32,050 nucleotides of DNA from an uncultured Candidatus Saccharibacteria bacterium (GCA_964373435.1 CAYJUS010000002.1:1-32050); one strand, 5' to 3'. Shown: positions 6,992 to 17,135, counted from the first letter of the stretch. Notes: generated from the letters alone by a model not told the origin. Numbers and translations are program-made.

Positions 6992-8143
6992 ATGAAGATC
7001 CTTCTTCTTTATGAATATCCGTTGACAGGCGCCAGCATGTCTATACAGGGAGACTTGCTCTGGCGCGGGCTTCTTGAAAATGGCGTGGATTGCCGACCCT
7101 GTCACTATGAGGGAAATAGACTTGAGAAGGAATGGTTTTATAAAACATTTAAACCCGACGCGGTGATTGGCATTGGATGGTGGGTTGATACCCCTACAAT
7201 CATTACGCATCCCCGGGAGTTTGGACTCGAGCCTGTTCCATGGCTTCTTGCAGATGGGTGGGTGGCAAATTATCATGACGTAATCGGAGGCCTCCCGCTT
7301 GTATTTACCACTTCTCGTTGGGTCACCGAAATCTACAAGCGCGATGGAGTGGATACGGCCAATTTCGAAGTGCTTCACGTGGGGTTTGACGCGAAACTTT
7401 TTAAACCCATTTCAAAGACCCATGAGGGCGTCAAAGAGGTAAGGCGCATGTTTGGCGTGAGGGATGATGAAAAAATGATTCTTACGGTGGGGGGAGACGT
7501 TACCTCAAAAGGAGCGCAAGAAATGATCCGGGCGCTTGCGAAAGTTGATAAAGAGTATCCGAACTGGAAATATGTATGTAAGTCAACATCGAGCGAGTGT
7601 GCGCGTGACCACCACAATGAGGAGATACGGGTTATGGAAGAAGTGGGGCTCGATAAAAATAAAGTCGTCTACGTGGAAGACGAGTATTACCGAGAATTTA
7701 TGCCCTATCTTTTAAATGCCTGCGATGTGTATGCCGCTCCCAGCAGAATTGAGGGGTTTGGATTAGTACAGCTTGAGGCAATGGCATGCGGTACGCCGGT
7801 TATCTCGATCGACGCCATGGGGCCAAAAGACACTATTGTTCACGGAAAGACCGGGTTCCTCGCAGGGGTAGGGGAGACCATTAACCTTGAAAGTGAGTTG
7901 GCTTCTTCTGACATGGGGTTCGAAGAAGAAAAGCGAATTTATTTTGATAAACCTAAGACCCTTGCGTATCGCGCCGATATTGACGATTTAGCAAAGTCTA
8001 CTCTTACCCTTCTTACTAATGATGAATTGAGAACACAAATGGGCAAAAACGCCGTAACACACGCTCGTGCTCACTTTCAATACCGAGATCTTGCGCGAAA
8101 ATGTATAGAAATTCTCGAAAAAAGAATACCGTCAAGGACCTAA
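6992..8143 (+). CDS. Glycosyltransferase, GT4 (GT-B fold)
   Basis: The C-terminal motif PSRIEGFGLVQLEAMACGTPVIS...GKTGFL is typical of GT4. Confidence 0.85.
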   Translation: MKILLLYEYPLTGASMSIQGDLLWRGLLENGVDCRPCHYEGNRLEKEWFYKTFKPDAVIGIGWWVDTPTIITHPREFGLEPVPWLLADGWVANYHDVIGGLPLVFTTSRWVTEIYKRDGVDTANFEVLHVGFDAKLFKPISKTHEGVKEVRRMFGVRDDEKMILTVGGDVTSKGAQEMIRALAKVDKEYPNWKYVCKSTSSECARDHHNEEIRVMEEVGLDKNKVVYVEDEYYREFMPYLLNACDVYAAPSRIEGFGLVQLEAMACGTPVISIDAMGPKDTIVHGKTGFLAGVGETINLESELASSDMGFEEEKRIYFDKPKTLAYRADIDDLAKSTLTLLTNDELRTQMGKNAVTHARAHFQYRDLARKCIEILEKRIPSRT

Positions 8144-9276
8144 AAGAACGGTACCCGTTTTTCTCTGACGCTCGTGTATGCAAAGATAAATGTACCGGCG
8201 GACCATCCCTGGTAGGAAGTTCCCGCGGGGTTTCCTCCCTTCCCGTCTAGCCATTCATTAAACCCCCACTCTCTGCCAACCCCCCTACTATTTGCTCGAG
8301 CAAGCAGCTCGAGTTCTTTTTTTGCTTTTAGAAATCGTTTTGTCTTTACAAGCGCCGCAACGTAAAATCCCCCCAAAAAGGGCCAGATTCCGGCATTGAG
8401 ATAATGGTAGGGCATGCGTGACTCTGCTTTTGAAAAATAGGGGCGCCATTCTTTGTCTTTTGGACGTATGGGAGGATATATTGCTTTACAGGGATAGGGT
8501 CTCGCAATTCTTTGTTTTTCAATGTAGGAGAGTATGCGTTTCGAAATGAGCGGGGTTGCAAGTCCCGAGACAATCGCGAGGAGATTTCCTAACGTGTCGA
8601 ACCAATGTTCTTCTTCTCTTTCCCCATCGTGGTTTTTCCAAATCCAGGGGAGGTAATACCCTCGTTTTTTATCATATAAAGATAGATACGCTTTAGCTTC
8701 TCCGTTTACTATTTTTTTGATATGTGTTGCGAGACGCCGTTTTCCAAACATTGTGAGCGCCGCGTAGTAGAGCGCCTGGGTGTTGATAACCCGGCCGTAT
8801 TTATGGGGAAAGGCATCCTGCCAATCCATGGTGGGCTGCTGTACGAGTAACGTATCTTCATTGGGGTCTTGATAACGAAGCCACTGGAATGTTTTATCTA
8901 TGCTTTTTTTGTGGCGGTCGAGGAGGGCTCTGTCGTGAAAAGATTTTGCATATACCTGATGACCAATGAGATACCAGAGACTTGAATCAATGGAATTATA
9001 TGTCACGCGTGACCCCCGTTCCCTGTTGTAGTCACCCACCGCATTCGGAATTTGCCCCAAGGATGATTGATGCGTTGTAAGAAGTACAATGCTTTTGCGA
9101 AAGGCCATTTTGAAACGATGTCCAACAAGACCTGCGCCGAGCGAGGAGATCATACTGTCGCGGGCCCAGAGAGCTTCGTATCCCCCTGGAAGTCCCGATG
9201 CGTAAAATCCGGAGCGCCTTGCGCAGTGTTCGAGCACAATGATTGCGTTGCGTTTTGCTTCTTCAATAACGTTCAT
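8140..9276 (-). CDS. GDE_C-like (amylo-alpha-1,6-glucosidase-type) six-hairpin glycoside hydrolase
   Basis: ALWARDSMIS and TMDWQDAFPHKYGRVINTQALYYAAL match the GDE_C pattern xWMD...GxxVExxALwYxAL. Confidence 0.65.
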   Translation of the reverse strand: MNVIEEAKRNAIIVLEHCARRSGFYASGLPGGYEALWARDSMISSLGAGLVGHRFKMAFRKSIVLLTTHQSSLGQIPNAVGDYNRERGSRVTYNSIDSSLWYLIGHQVYAKSFHDRALLDRHKKSIDKTFQWLRYQDPNEDTLLVQQPTMDWQDAFPHKYGRVINTQALYYAALTMFGKRRLATHIKKIVNGEAKAYLSLYDKKRGYYLPWIWKNHDGEREEEHWFDTLGNLLAIVSGLATPLISKRILSYIEKQRIARPYPCKAIYPPIRPKDKEWRPYFSKAESRMPYHYLNAGIWPFLGGFYVAALVKTKRFLKAKKELELLARANSRGVGREWGFNEWLDGKGGNPAGTSYQGWSAGTFIFAYTSVREKRVPFF

Positions 9277-11486
9277 AGTTTTTGATCACGCATACACTCT
9301 TCTATGGCGATTCGCGCACGGAGATAGGTAATGGTTGATTCCGCCCCCTGGTTGATATTAAGGGCGGTTTTCCCAAGGCCATCGTAGCATCCTCCCGTTG
9401 TCTCGTCATACACGTTTTGACCGAGGTGGTTCTTTCCCAAGAACCATTGAAACGATTTCTTTGTTCGTTTTCGGTACGCCTCTTTTTTTGTGATGCGATG
9501 CGCCAAGGCGAGCGTCTGTACGAGCGACGAGGCTTCCTCTGGCTGTTGATCAAATCGCGCGCGTTTTCCAAACCGTCGATACCAGCCGCGTTGCCCTATG
9601 GGGGAAAGGTAATCGGATTCAAATGAAATTTTTAGAAGAAAGGCCAAGCTCCTTTCTGCTATCTCGAGATAGGTTTTTTTCCCCGTTATACGATATGCCT
9701 CGAGTAACGCTTCCGGCAGTTTGCTATTTGAATATGTAAGGCGATCTTCAAACCATTGCCAGTTTTGGGAAGAAGCGCGTTGGAATTGCCGGACGAGCGA
9801 GTCAGCTGTTTTCCGAAGGATCATTTTATGTTTTGGTGACGAGTGAAGCCCGAGATAGCATGCGAGCCCCAGCGCCATAAATGCCCTTGCGCGGAGCGAG
9901 CGGGAAGTTCCGATTCGCGGCAGCGCTTTCTGAAAGAGTACCCCCGCTCTTTTTTTGATAGATTCGGGCAGAGCGCGACTTCCCAAAAGAAAACCGAGTG
10001 CCCATAGGGCTCTTCCTTCTGCGTCATCGCTGTATTCTTTTTCGTTAAGCATTCGTTCTCCCGAAACAATATTCGCAAACCTTCCGTTGGATCGTTGAAC
10101 AAACTCGATAAAGTTAAGATAGATGTTGACGAGATTCATGACTTTTTTCGTTTGGGATCGTTCCCATGCGGCTACCGCCACCATAAGCGCGCGCGCATTG
10201 TCGTCAAGACAGTAGCCGAAGCGTATGTCTGGCTTCGTATGTTTTGCGAATTGTATTACGCCAAAATCATCCGTAAGCCTTTCCAGATGCCGCAGGGTAA
10301 ATGGTGGTAATTTCTCTTTCTCTTCGAGATTCACATGCTTTTGGTAGAGATTAATATGACTGAGCGCCACATTGGGCCAGGTCATGTGGCGCGTTTCGAC
10401 ATACGCATTTTTTGCCATTTTCTGTCTTTTTCTCGGGTTTTGTAAAAGCGTGAGGAGCGCTCTTCGAATTGCACGTGAGTCGCGGGGGGGCACAAGGATT
10501 CCACGCGCACCCGTAACGAGGTGCTTTGCATAAAGGGATCTACTGCTTATTACGGGGCATCCCACGCCAAGGGCGTAGGAGAGCGTTCCGCTTACGGATT
10601 GCGTAGGGTCAAGCGTGGGGGAGAGGTAAATATCTGTTGCCAAAAGGCAGGAAACTATCTCGTTGAGACTCAGGTACTTATTATAAAATTTAACGTGATT
10701 TTTAAGGTCAAGCCGTTCAACTTCCCGCTTGAGAAAATTTCGGTACTCCTCTCCATCTCGTTTTCGTACTACCGGGTGGGTGGCCCCGATGACCATATAG
10801 ATAATATCGGGGTAGTGTTTCACAATTCGCGGGAGGGCTCGAATCGCATACTCAATTCCTTTCCCCCGGTTAAGATGTCCGAATGTGGAGAGAACAAATT
10901 TTCCCTCAAGCCCCATTATGCTTTTTGTTTCTGTGCTTTCTGCAAAAGAAACAGTTGGGATTCCGTGAGGAATGAGAGTTATTCTTGAGCGGTCAATCCC
11001 ATAATCCTTTTCCAGGATACGTTCTGAGAGCGCGTTCATTACAATCATATGTTCCGTATTTTCCGCAATAAATTGGACAAGGCTTTTAAGGTTTTGGCTT
11101 GGACGCGGGAGGACCGTATGGAAGGTAATGACCACCGGTTTTTTGATGATCTGGAGGAATGGGATAATATGGTTTCCCAACGTTCCTCCGAAAATACCAA
11201 ATTCATGCTGGATATGTACGAGTTTTACGTCGGTATCAGCGTTGAGTCGCTCTGCCGCCCAAACAAAGTCTTCTATTCTCGTTGCGCTGATATACCCCAC
11301 AACACACGCGTCATAATTGTACACATCAGTAGGGTCGTTGTTGATAGCTACAATGCGAGTCTCGAGCGCGGGGGCAATTTTTTTTGTTACGGCATCGGTG
11401 AGATCTTTTGTGAATGTCGCAATACCACATTCACGCGGGGGAAACGTCGCGAGGTATACAACGATTTTTTTATTTATTTTTACCAT
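9273..11486 (-). CDS. GT4 glycosyltransferase fused to a C-terminal alpha/alpha-toroid-like domain
   Basis: The N-terminal ~380 aa are GT4-like (STFGHLNRGKGIEY, PTLDPTQSVSGTLSYALGVGCPVIS). The C-terminal ~350 aa are helical repeats (LDDNARALMVAV, EGRALWALGF). A 4-nt overlap links it to the downstream gene. Confidence 0.7.
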   Translation of the reverse strand: MVKINKKIVVYLATFPPRECGIATFTKDLTDAVTKKIAPALETRIVAINNDPTDVYNYDACVVGYISATRIEDFVWAAERLNADTDVKLVHIQHEFGIFGGTLGNHIIPFLQIIKKPVVITFHTVLPRPSQNLKSLVQFIAENTEHMIVMNALSERILEKDYGIDRSRITLIPHGIPTVSFAESTETKSIMGLEGKFVLSTFGHLNRGKGIEYAIRALPRIVKHYPDIIYMVIGATHPVVRKRDGEEYRNFLKREVERLDLKNHVKFYNKYLSLNEIVSCLLATDIYLSPTLDPTQSVSGTLSYALGVGCPVISSRSLYAKHLVTGARGILVPPRDSRAIRRALLTLLQNPRKRQKMAKNAYVETRHMTWPNVALSHINLYQKHVNLEEKEKLPPFTLRHLERLTDDFGVIQFAKHTKPDIRFGYCLDDNARALMVAVAAWERSQTKKVMNLVNIYLNFIEFVQRSNGRFANIVSGERMLNEKEYSDDAEGRALWALGFLLGSRALPESIKKRAGVLFQKALPRIGTSRSLRARAFMALGLACYLGLHSSPKHKMILRKTADSLVRQFQRASSQNWQWFEDRLTYSNSKLPEALLEAYRITGKKTYLEIAERSLAFLLKISFESDYLSPIGQRGWYRRFGKRARFDQQPEEASSLVQTLALAHRITKKEAYRKRTKKSFQWFLGKNHLGQNVYDETTGGCYDGLGKTALNINQGAESTITYLRARIAIEECMRDQKL

Positions 11487-12516
11487 ATGCGTGGCGTTTT
11501 TTCGGGTCTTTCATCTCTTTTATAAGCTCTTTTAATTTTACCGAAGCGACCGCAATGCGTTTATCCGCCGCGCCGTAATACATATAAAGTGTGTCGCCAA
11601 AGACGGCGGTCCCGGTGGGGAAAACGACATTCGGTACGTGACCTCGTTTTTCCCACGGTTCTTCCGGCGAAAAAAGAGGTTCGTGGAGCCGCCCTATCAC
11701 CTTGCGGGGGTCTTCCCGGTCAAGAAGCGCGGCACAGGCGTGATATACTCGTCCTTCGTTTCTTGCTTCCACGGTGTGAAAAATGAGAAGCCATCCCTCG
11801 TCTGTTGCGATGGGGACGCATCCGCCTCCGATATTTCGCGTTTCGAACCAATGTTTGTTTTCGAGAACCACATATTCCGAAAGTTCCTTTAAGTGTTTCG
11901 TCCAAAAGGAAGCGGTAAGCTCTTTAAAATCAGAAAAGAAGATGAGTTGGATATCGGGAAGCACGCGGTGGAGAAGCGCAAAGCGACCCCGTATTTTTTC
12001 TGGGAAAAGAAAGATGTCTTTATGCCAAAGGAGCACGTCTTCTCCCATTTCTTTTTCATAATATGCAGCAAAAAAGGAATACGAATCTTTAAGACGAGAT
12101 TTCCGAAATATGCGGTCGGCTCTCCGGTATGGTATGCGGGGAGAAAGAACCCCTCGTTTTTTAAGCGTGAAAAGATCGTTCCCTGTCGCGTACGCGGTGA
12201 TCGCGTTTTTCCCGTCATGCGCAACATAAAAAAGGTAAAACGTATCTTCTATCTTCACAATCCTGGGGTCTTCAACCCCCTTGCTCTCATAGTCAAACTC
12301 CCGCTCTAGGATCGGTTTTTCCCAGCGCTCGACCACTTTCATCGGTCCCTCAAGGCGCGCATATCCGATGGATGAGCGGAATTCTTTGTCAAGCGCCCGG
12401 TAGAAAAGATGCACCGTTCTTCCTTCCTGCCAGCTTCCGGGGTTTAACACCGCGAAGTTCTCGAAATCGTGTTTTGTTGGCCTGAGTAGCACCCCTCGCT
12501 TTTTTACTATGAGCAT
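11470..12516 (-). CDS. GH130-family glycoside phosphorylase/hydrolase (DUF377)
   Basis: FAVLNPGS...LFYRA...IGYARLEGP...GVEDPRIVKIEDTFYLFYVAHDG is the GH130 signature. It overlaps the next gene by 17 nt. Confidence 0.8.
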   Translation of the reverse strand: MLIVKKRGVLLRPTKHDFENFAVLNPGSWQEGRTVHLFYRALDKEFRSSIGYARLEGPMKVVERWEKPILEREFDYESKGVEDPRIVKIEDTFYLFYVAHDGKNAITAYATGNDLFTLKKRGVLSPRIPYRRADRIFRKSRLKDSYSFFAAYYEKEMGEDVLLWHKDIFLFPEKIRGRFALLHRVLPDIQLIFFSDFKELTASFWTKHLKELSEYVVLENKHWFETRNIGGGCVPIATDEGWLLIFHTVEARNEGRVYHACAALLDREDPRKVIGRLHEPLFSPEEPWEKRGHVPNVVFPTGTAVFGDTLYMYYGAADKRIAVASVKLKELIKEMKDPKKRHAYGKNK

Positions 12517-12637
12517 AGTGGGTTTGTCATGTTTTCATCTGTGGTTTTTATAATACCGTTTTGGAGGGGGAGAGTCAATTTGGGCCATCTTCCGTTTGCA
12601 TACCTTCCCCCCTCCTGTTAGAATACAGGGTGGCGTT

Positions 12638-13900
12638 ATGCTAAATCAAATCCTCATTCTTTTAGGGCTTTTGATGCTCTCTGCGATTTTCTCGGGAACG
12701 GAGCTGGCTTTGGTTTCTTTGAACGACGTGAAAGTACGAGCCTTGCTTGAGAAAAAGAGGCAGGGAGCGCGCACCCTCGCGCGTCTTAAGAGCAAGCCCC
12801 AAAAACTTATCATCACGATTCTCATCGGAAACAACATTGTGAATATCGGCGCCTCGGCATACGTCACCTTTCTTATCACAAATCTCGTAGGATCAAAGGG
12901 AGTGGGAATTGCGACCGGAGTAATGACGTTCCTGGTGCTCCTTTTTGGAGAAATTATTCCCAAATCGTTTGCCGCACGGAACACAGAGACGATCGCGCTT
13001 ATGGTCGCACGTCCGCTTGAGGTGCTTCAGTTTGTCCTTTCTCCCCTGATTTGGATTTTTGACATATTAAGCAAAATTGTGCTCTTATTTACTCGAGGAT
13101 CGCAGCAATATGCTACGGTGACAGAAAGAGAACTGCGCATCATGGCACAAATGGGAGCGGAGGAGGGGACGATATTAAAACAGGAGCGTGAGATGCTGGA
13201 AAACGTTTTCAAGCTGAATGATATTACTGCAGAGGATGTAATGACTCCCCGCATGAGAATGTTTGCACTCGATCAGGAACTCCACCTTTCGGACGTCCTT
13301 CCCTCTATCACTAAAGCACCTTACTCACGAGTTCCTATCTATAAAAAAAACCGGGACAACATTACCGGAATTCTCTACTTAAGAGACCTGCTCGTGCATC
13401 TTGCCAACAAACACGAACGGAATATCCCCATAAAAGAACTTGCGAAAAAACCATTTTTCGTGCCCAAGGAAAAAAGCGTGGACGAATTGTTTAAGGATTT
13501 TCAGGAGCAAAATATCCATATTGCAATCGTGCTTGACGGGCGTGGGGGGACCGAAGGCGTGGTTACGCTCGAAGATCTTCTCGAGGAGCTGGTAGGAGAG
13601 ATTATTGACGAGAGCGATATTTCTCGAGAGCTTATCATGCGTGTTGATAAAAATACGATCCTTGTTGACGGGAGCACCGAGCTTAAGATGATTAACCGGT
13701 TTCTTAACGTGCGGATACCCGGGGAGGAGTTAGAGGAGATAAGCGAAGTGCTCCTTCGTGAATTAGGGAAGATCCCCCAAAAAGGCGAGATGCTCCATCT
13801 TGGTAACCTGGAGTTTGAGGTGATGGATGTAACCGAGAAGAAAATTAACCGAGTTAAAATCATAAAACTTCCGCATCAGCAGGCTAACCCCGTCGAGTAG
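12638..13900 (+). CDS. CNNM/DUF21-CBS-CorC_HlyC family transporter (HlyC/CorC)
   Basis: An N-terminal 4-TM DUF21 (FSGTELALVS), a CBS pair and a C-terminal CorC_HlyC domain (GNLEFEVMDV...RVKI). The ATG at 12638 is preferred over the upstream start. Confidence 0.8.
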   Translation: MLNQILILLGLLMLSAIFSGTELALVSLNDVKVRALLEKKRQGARTLARLKSKPQKLIITILIGNNIVNIGASAYVTFLITNLVGSKGVGIATGVMTFLVLLFGEIIPKSFAARNTETIALMVARPLEVLQFVLSPLIWIFDILSKIVLLFTRGSQQYATVTERELRIMAQMGAEEGTILKQEREMLENVFKLNDITAEDVMTPRMRMFALDQELHLSDVLPSITKAPYSRVPIYKKNRDNITGILYLRDLLVHLANKHERNIPIKELAKKPFFVPKEKSVDELFKDFQEQNIHIAIVLDGRGGTEGVVTLEDLLEELVGEIIDESDISRELIMRVDKNTILVDGSTELKMINRFLNVRIPGEELEEISEVLLRELGKIPQKGEMLHLGNLEFEVMDVTEKKINRVKIIKLPHQQANPVE

Positions 13901-13950
13901 AAAAGAAAAGTTGTTCCCTTGCGTCGTTTTTCCTCCGATCGCAACATATA

Positions 13951-13978
13951 AAAACCACCGCAAGCGCGATGGTTTTTT
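13951..13978. terminator. Bidirectional terminator between convergent corC-like and guaB genes
   Basis: Hairpin aaccaccgc/gcgatggtt, flanked by aaaa and tttttt. Confidence 0.6.
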
Positions 13979-13991
13979 GGTATTACAAATA

Positions 13992-15521
13992 TTACCACTG
14001 TTGAAATTCAAGATGGTGAGGATGGCCTTCTTTTATTCCCGCCTCGGTATTGCGGACGAAATACCTCTCGGGGCGTCTCCCTAGTTTTTGAAGTTCGGGG
14101 ATAGTGAGCGCGTTTAAATACGTCATTGCGTGGCGAACCCCGTTTTCAAGGGTTCTTACCACTCCCTTCGTCCCCTCCGGTTTGTATGAAACGTATCCTC
14201 TTTCGACTCCTTCCGAGGCGTAGTACGCGAGAAGTTCTGCTTCAATCTCTTCATCAAGATATCCTTCTTGAGCGAGAAGTTTCCGTTTTGCGTCGATTGA
14301 CGCCATTCCGCGGTGCCGCTTTACCTGTTTTCCGCCTATAAACTCAACCTCCGAAGGCGATTCTTTGGTTCCTGCAAGCATTTGGCCGAATATACCGGCC
14401 GAAGCCCCCGCGGCAATTGCTTTCACAAGATCACTTGAACCCGCGAGGCCGCCGTCGTTGATAATGGGTCGTTTCCATCGCCGTCCCGCGCGCGCGGCCC
14501 ACAAGAGCGCCGTAAGCTGGGGTACGCCAACACCGGTTACGTCTCGGGTTCTACAGATCGAGCCGTTTCCGACTCCCACGAGTACGCTATCCACACCCGC
14601 GCGAAAGAGGTCTTCTGCTCCGTCTTCGGTTGCAACCGAACCCGCAAGAAGGTCGCAGTCCGGAAAGTGTTTTCTGATTTCTCCTACCGCTTTGAGACAC
14701 ATCTCAAGGTGTCCATGCGCAACGTTAACGACCACAAGATCCGCACCCGCCTCAAGCACCGCCTCTGTTCGATCAAGATAGTTTCCCGCAATGCCGACGC
14801 CAGCAGCTACCGCAAGCCGTCCGTATCGGTCGCGCGTCGTATGAGGATTTTCCCAGTTCTTTACGTTTCGAAACGTAATCAGCCCGCGAACGACACTCTC
14901 GTCATTGACGAGAATAATGAGCTTATGAATTTTATCATCTTCAAAAACCGTATCCGCCTTTTTAAACGTTGCTTCGTAATCAAGCCCGGCAAATTCTTTT
15001 TCATCTACGATAAGTAATTTTTCCCGCGGAACCATAAGGTCACGCACGCGCATCCCTCCATCTTTTTTGAAGAGGGTATGGCGGTACTGCACAAGGCCCT
15101 TAAGGCCTCCGTTTTTGTCGGTAACCAGAATACTATGTACTCCTTTTTCGCGCATAAGGACCCGTAGTTCTCGGAGAGTTGCATCGGGTCGGACGGAATA
15201 GGGATCGCGAATCATGAGATCTTCTTTTCGTTTTACCGCTTTGATCATCTCGACTTCGCGTTCAATCGAACAAAATCTATGAAGGACTCCGATCCCTCCC
15301 AGCCGCGCCATCTCGATCGCCATATCTTCTTCGGTTACGGTATCCATGTAAGAGGAAACAATGGGCATCTTAAGCGTTATGGTGCGTGAAATAGTTGTCG
15401 CAAGGTTCGGATCTCTTCGCGATTTCGCTCTTGAACGGAGCGGAATAAGGGTAACATCTCCAAATGTATATGCATGGGGAATATCGATATAGGGATTCAT
15501 TCTATTTCTCGTCATTTTCAC
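13992..15521 (-). CDS. guaB: IMP dehydrogenase
   Basis: GGIGVLHR, a CBS subdomain insert, the catalytic loop GSICRTRDVTGVGVPQ and GGLAGSSD. The start is GTG 15521 or ATG 15515, downstream of GAGGTGG. Confidence 0.9.
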   Translation of the reverse strand: MKMTRNRMNPYIDIPHAYTFGDVTLIPLRSRAKSRRDPNLATTISRTITLKMPIVSSYMDTVTEEDMAIEMARLGGIGVLHRFCSIEREVEMIKAVKRKEDLMIRDPYSVRPDATLRELRVLMREKGVHSILVTDKNGGLKGLVQYRHTLFKKDGGMRVRDLMVPREKLLIVDEKEFAGLDYEATFKKADTVFEDDKIHKLIILVNDESVVRGLITFRNVKNWENPHTTRDRYGRLAVAAGVGIAGNYLDRTEAVLEAGADLVVVNVAHGHLEMCLKAVGEIRKHFPDCDLLAGSVATEDGAEDLFRAGVDSVLVGVGNGSICRTRDVTGVGVPQLTALLWAARAGRRWKRPIINDGGLAGSSDLVKAIAAGASAGIFGQMLAGTKESPSEVEFIGGKQVKRHRGMASIDAKRKLLAQEGYLDEEIEAELLAYYASEGVERGYVSYKPEGTKGVVRTLENGVRHAMTYLNALTIPELQKLGRRPERYFVRNTEAGIKEGHPHHLEFQQW

Positions 15522-15640
15522 CAGACCACCTCACAATAATTGATAAAGAACAGTTGGCATATGTACGCCACGGTATAGCATATTAAAATAATTGTTCAAT
15601 GTCAAGGGCGAGGGACGAACTACTCCATATTATCTGGTGC

Positions 15641-15670
15641 TTGACACCTTGCCACGGAATATGGTATAGA
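15641..15670 (+). promoter_or_regulatory. Candidate pyrEF promoter TTGACA-18-TATAGA (with TGn extension)
   Basis: TTGACA at 15641-15646, tgg at 15662-15664, TATAGA at 15665-15670. Confidence 0.45.
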
Positions 15671-15713
15671 AAGAAATCGTGTTCTTTACACATTCAATAT
15701 GAAAGGAGAGGCA

Positions 15714-16367
15714 ATGTCTCAAAGAAGGGTATGGGAACTGTTGCGCGAGACGCGCGCGATTTTGGAAAACGACCACTTTGTGTATGATTCGGGTCGGCAC
15801 GGGAGTGCATACGTCAACAAATATGCGTTTCTCCAGAATCCGGAAATCGCGTCGAAACTTTGCGAGTTTCTTGCGGATGAATTTGTGACAAAGAATGTTG
15901 AAGTTGTTGCGGGAAACGCAAGGGGAGGCATTGTTGTTGCGCAGTGGGTTGCGTATCACCTTAACTTGTTTCGCGACACGGTCTCCTCCGGTCGTAAAAA
16001 CCCTATCCTTGCGGTATTTGCCGAAGAAGAGATTCTCCCGAATGGAAAGAAAATCCGCGTCTTCCGCCATGGGTTTGGGAAGACAGTACGGGGGAAGCGC
16101 GTGCTTCTCGTTGATGACGTGTTAACAACCGGATCAAGCATCGTCCAGCTTTCGAAGGCGGTGGAGAAAAACGGCGGGTACAACGCGGGAATTGGGGTTA
16201 TTTGCAACCGAGGAAGCGTGAAAAAGATCGGGAGGAAAGATGTGGCAAGTCTTCTTTCGCTTAATCTTGATACGTATCTTCCACACCAGTGTCCCTCATG
16301 CAAGAATCATATTCCGATCAATACGGAAATCGGTTCCGGCGGGGAATTCCTTTCGGGGAGCGGCTGA
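15714..16367 (+). CDS. pyrE: Orotate phosphoribosyltransferase
   Basis: PRPP-binding loop VLLVDDVLTTGSS and adjacency to pyrF. AAAGGAG lies 6 nt before the ATG at 15714. Confidence 0.75.
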   Translation: MSQRRVWELLRETRAILENDHFVYDSGRHGSAYVNKYAFLQNPEIASKLCEFLADEFVTKNVEVVAGNARGGIVVAQWVAYHLNLFRDTVSSGRKNPILAVFAEEEILPNGKKIRVFRHGFGKTVRGKRVLLVDDVLTTGSSIVQLSKAVEKNGGYNAGIGVICNRGSVKKIGRKDVASLLSLNLDTYLPHQCPSCKNHIPINTEIGSGGEFLSGSG

Positions 16368-16370
16368 ACA

Positions 16371-17060
16371 ATGGCAAAGAAGAAAAACCGTATCATTGTG
16401 GCACTCGACGGGCTTAATACAAGAGAGGCGCTCGCCCTTGCCGAAAAGCTTTCGGGCAAGGTGTGGGGCTTTAAGGTGCACTCTCTCGTGGATAGATGCG
16501 GAACGCCTGTGATCCAAGTATTGAAACAGTACGGAAACGTGTTTGCCGACCCCAAAATTTACGATGTTCCGAGTAAGGCAGCGGAACGGATAAAACCGTA
16601 TGCGGATGCGGGTGCTGATTTCATAAGCATTCACGCCCAAGGGGGATCAAGAATGATGCAAGAGGCGGTGCGATCCGCGCGCGCAAGCGTTGTACTTGCC
16701 GTAACCGTGCTCACTTCGTACGACCAAGGGGAATGCATTGAGTTTTTCGGCCTCACCATCCTTCAAAAGTCGCTTCAGCTTGCGGTATATGCGCGAGATG
16801 CGGGATGCCGGGGCGTGGTGTGTTCCGGAGAAGAACTCCCGGTGCTGAACCGGAAAGAGAACGGCGTTCGGAATCTCCTCAAGGTGGTTCCCGCTATCCG
16901 TCCTACGTGGTACGAAGGGGAAGATACGGAACAGAGGCGAACCGTTATCCCAAAAGAGGCGATAAGAAACGGCGCAGATTTTATTGTTGTCGGGCGTCCC
17001 GTAACTTGCGCGAAAGATCCTCTCCGCGCTCTAATCAATATTGAAAAAGAGATTTCTTAA
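16371..17060 (+). CDS. pyrF: Orotidine-5'-phosphate decarboxylase
   Basis: IIVALDG, KVHS, and FADPKIYDVPS (the DxKxxD motif). Confidence 0.85.
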   Translation: MAKKKNRIIVALDGLNTREALALAEKLSGKVWGFKVHSLVDRCGTPVIQVLKQYGNVFADPKIYDVPSKAAERIKPYADAGADFISIHAQGGSRMMQEAVRSARASVVLAVTVLTSYDQGECIEFFGLTILQKSLQLAVYARDAGCRGVVCSGEELPVLNRKENGVRNLLKVVPAIRPTWYEGEDTEQRRTVIPKEAIRNGADFIVVGRPVTCAKDPLRALINIEKEIS

Positions 17061-17082
17061 AACCGCTACAGAGCGGTTTTTG
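17059..17082 (+). terminator. Rho-independent terminator after pyrF
   Basis: Hairpin aaaaccgct-acag-agcggttttt. Confidence 0.8.
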
Positions 17083-17106
17083 TGTATGGGATTTTATGTG
17101 CGGGGG

Positions 17107-17135
17107 TTGACTCATTTCTTGCGACCTGCTAGTTT
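17107..17135 (+). promoter_or_regulatory. Candidate promoter TTGACT-17-(TGc)TAGTTT
   Basis: TTGACT at 17107-17112 and an extended -10 tgcTAGTTT at 17127-17135. Confidence 0.4.

Noticed and set aside
8140-8143. Convergent 4-nt stop-codon overlap of the GT4 and GDE-like genes as a regulatory feature
   Set aside because: It is most simply a consequence of genome compaction. It is noted under the glycan-cluster finding and not treated as an independent signal.
10521-11535. Plus-strand ORFs (155, 158, 62 and 72 aa) opposite the 737-aa glycosyltransferase
   Set aside because: They are antisense shadows with no RBS or motifs, and the GT4 motifs identify the minus strand as coding.
15671-15713. Hairpin aagaa-atcgtg-ttctt in the pyrE leader as a PyrR-type attenuator
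   Set aside because: The stem is only 5 bp, there is no following U-tract and no recognisable PyrR binding loop, and no pyrR gene is nearby.
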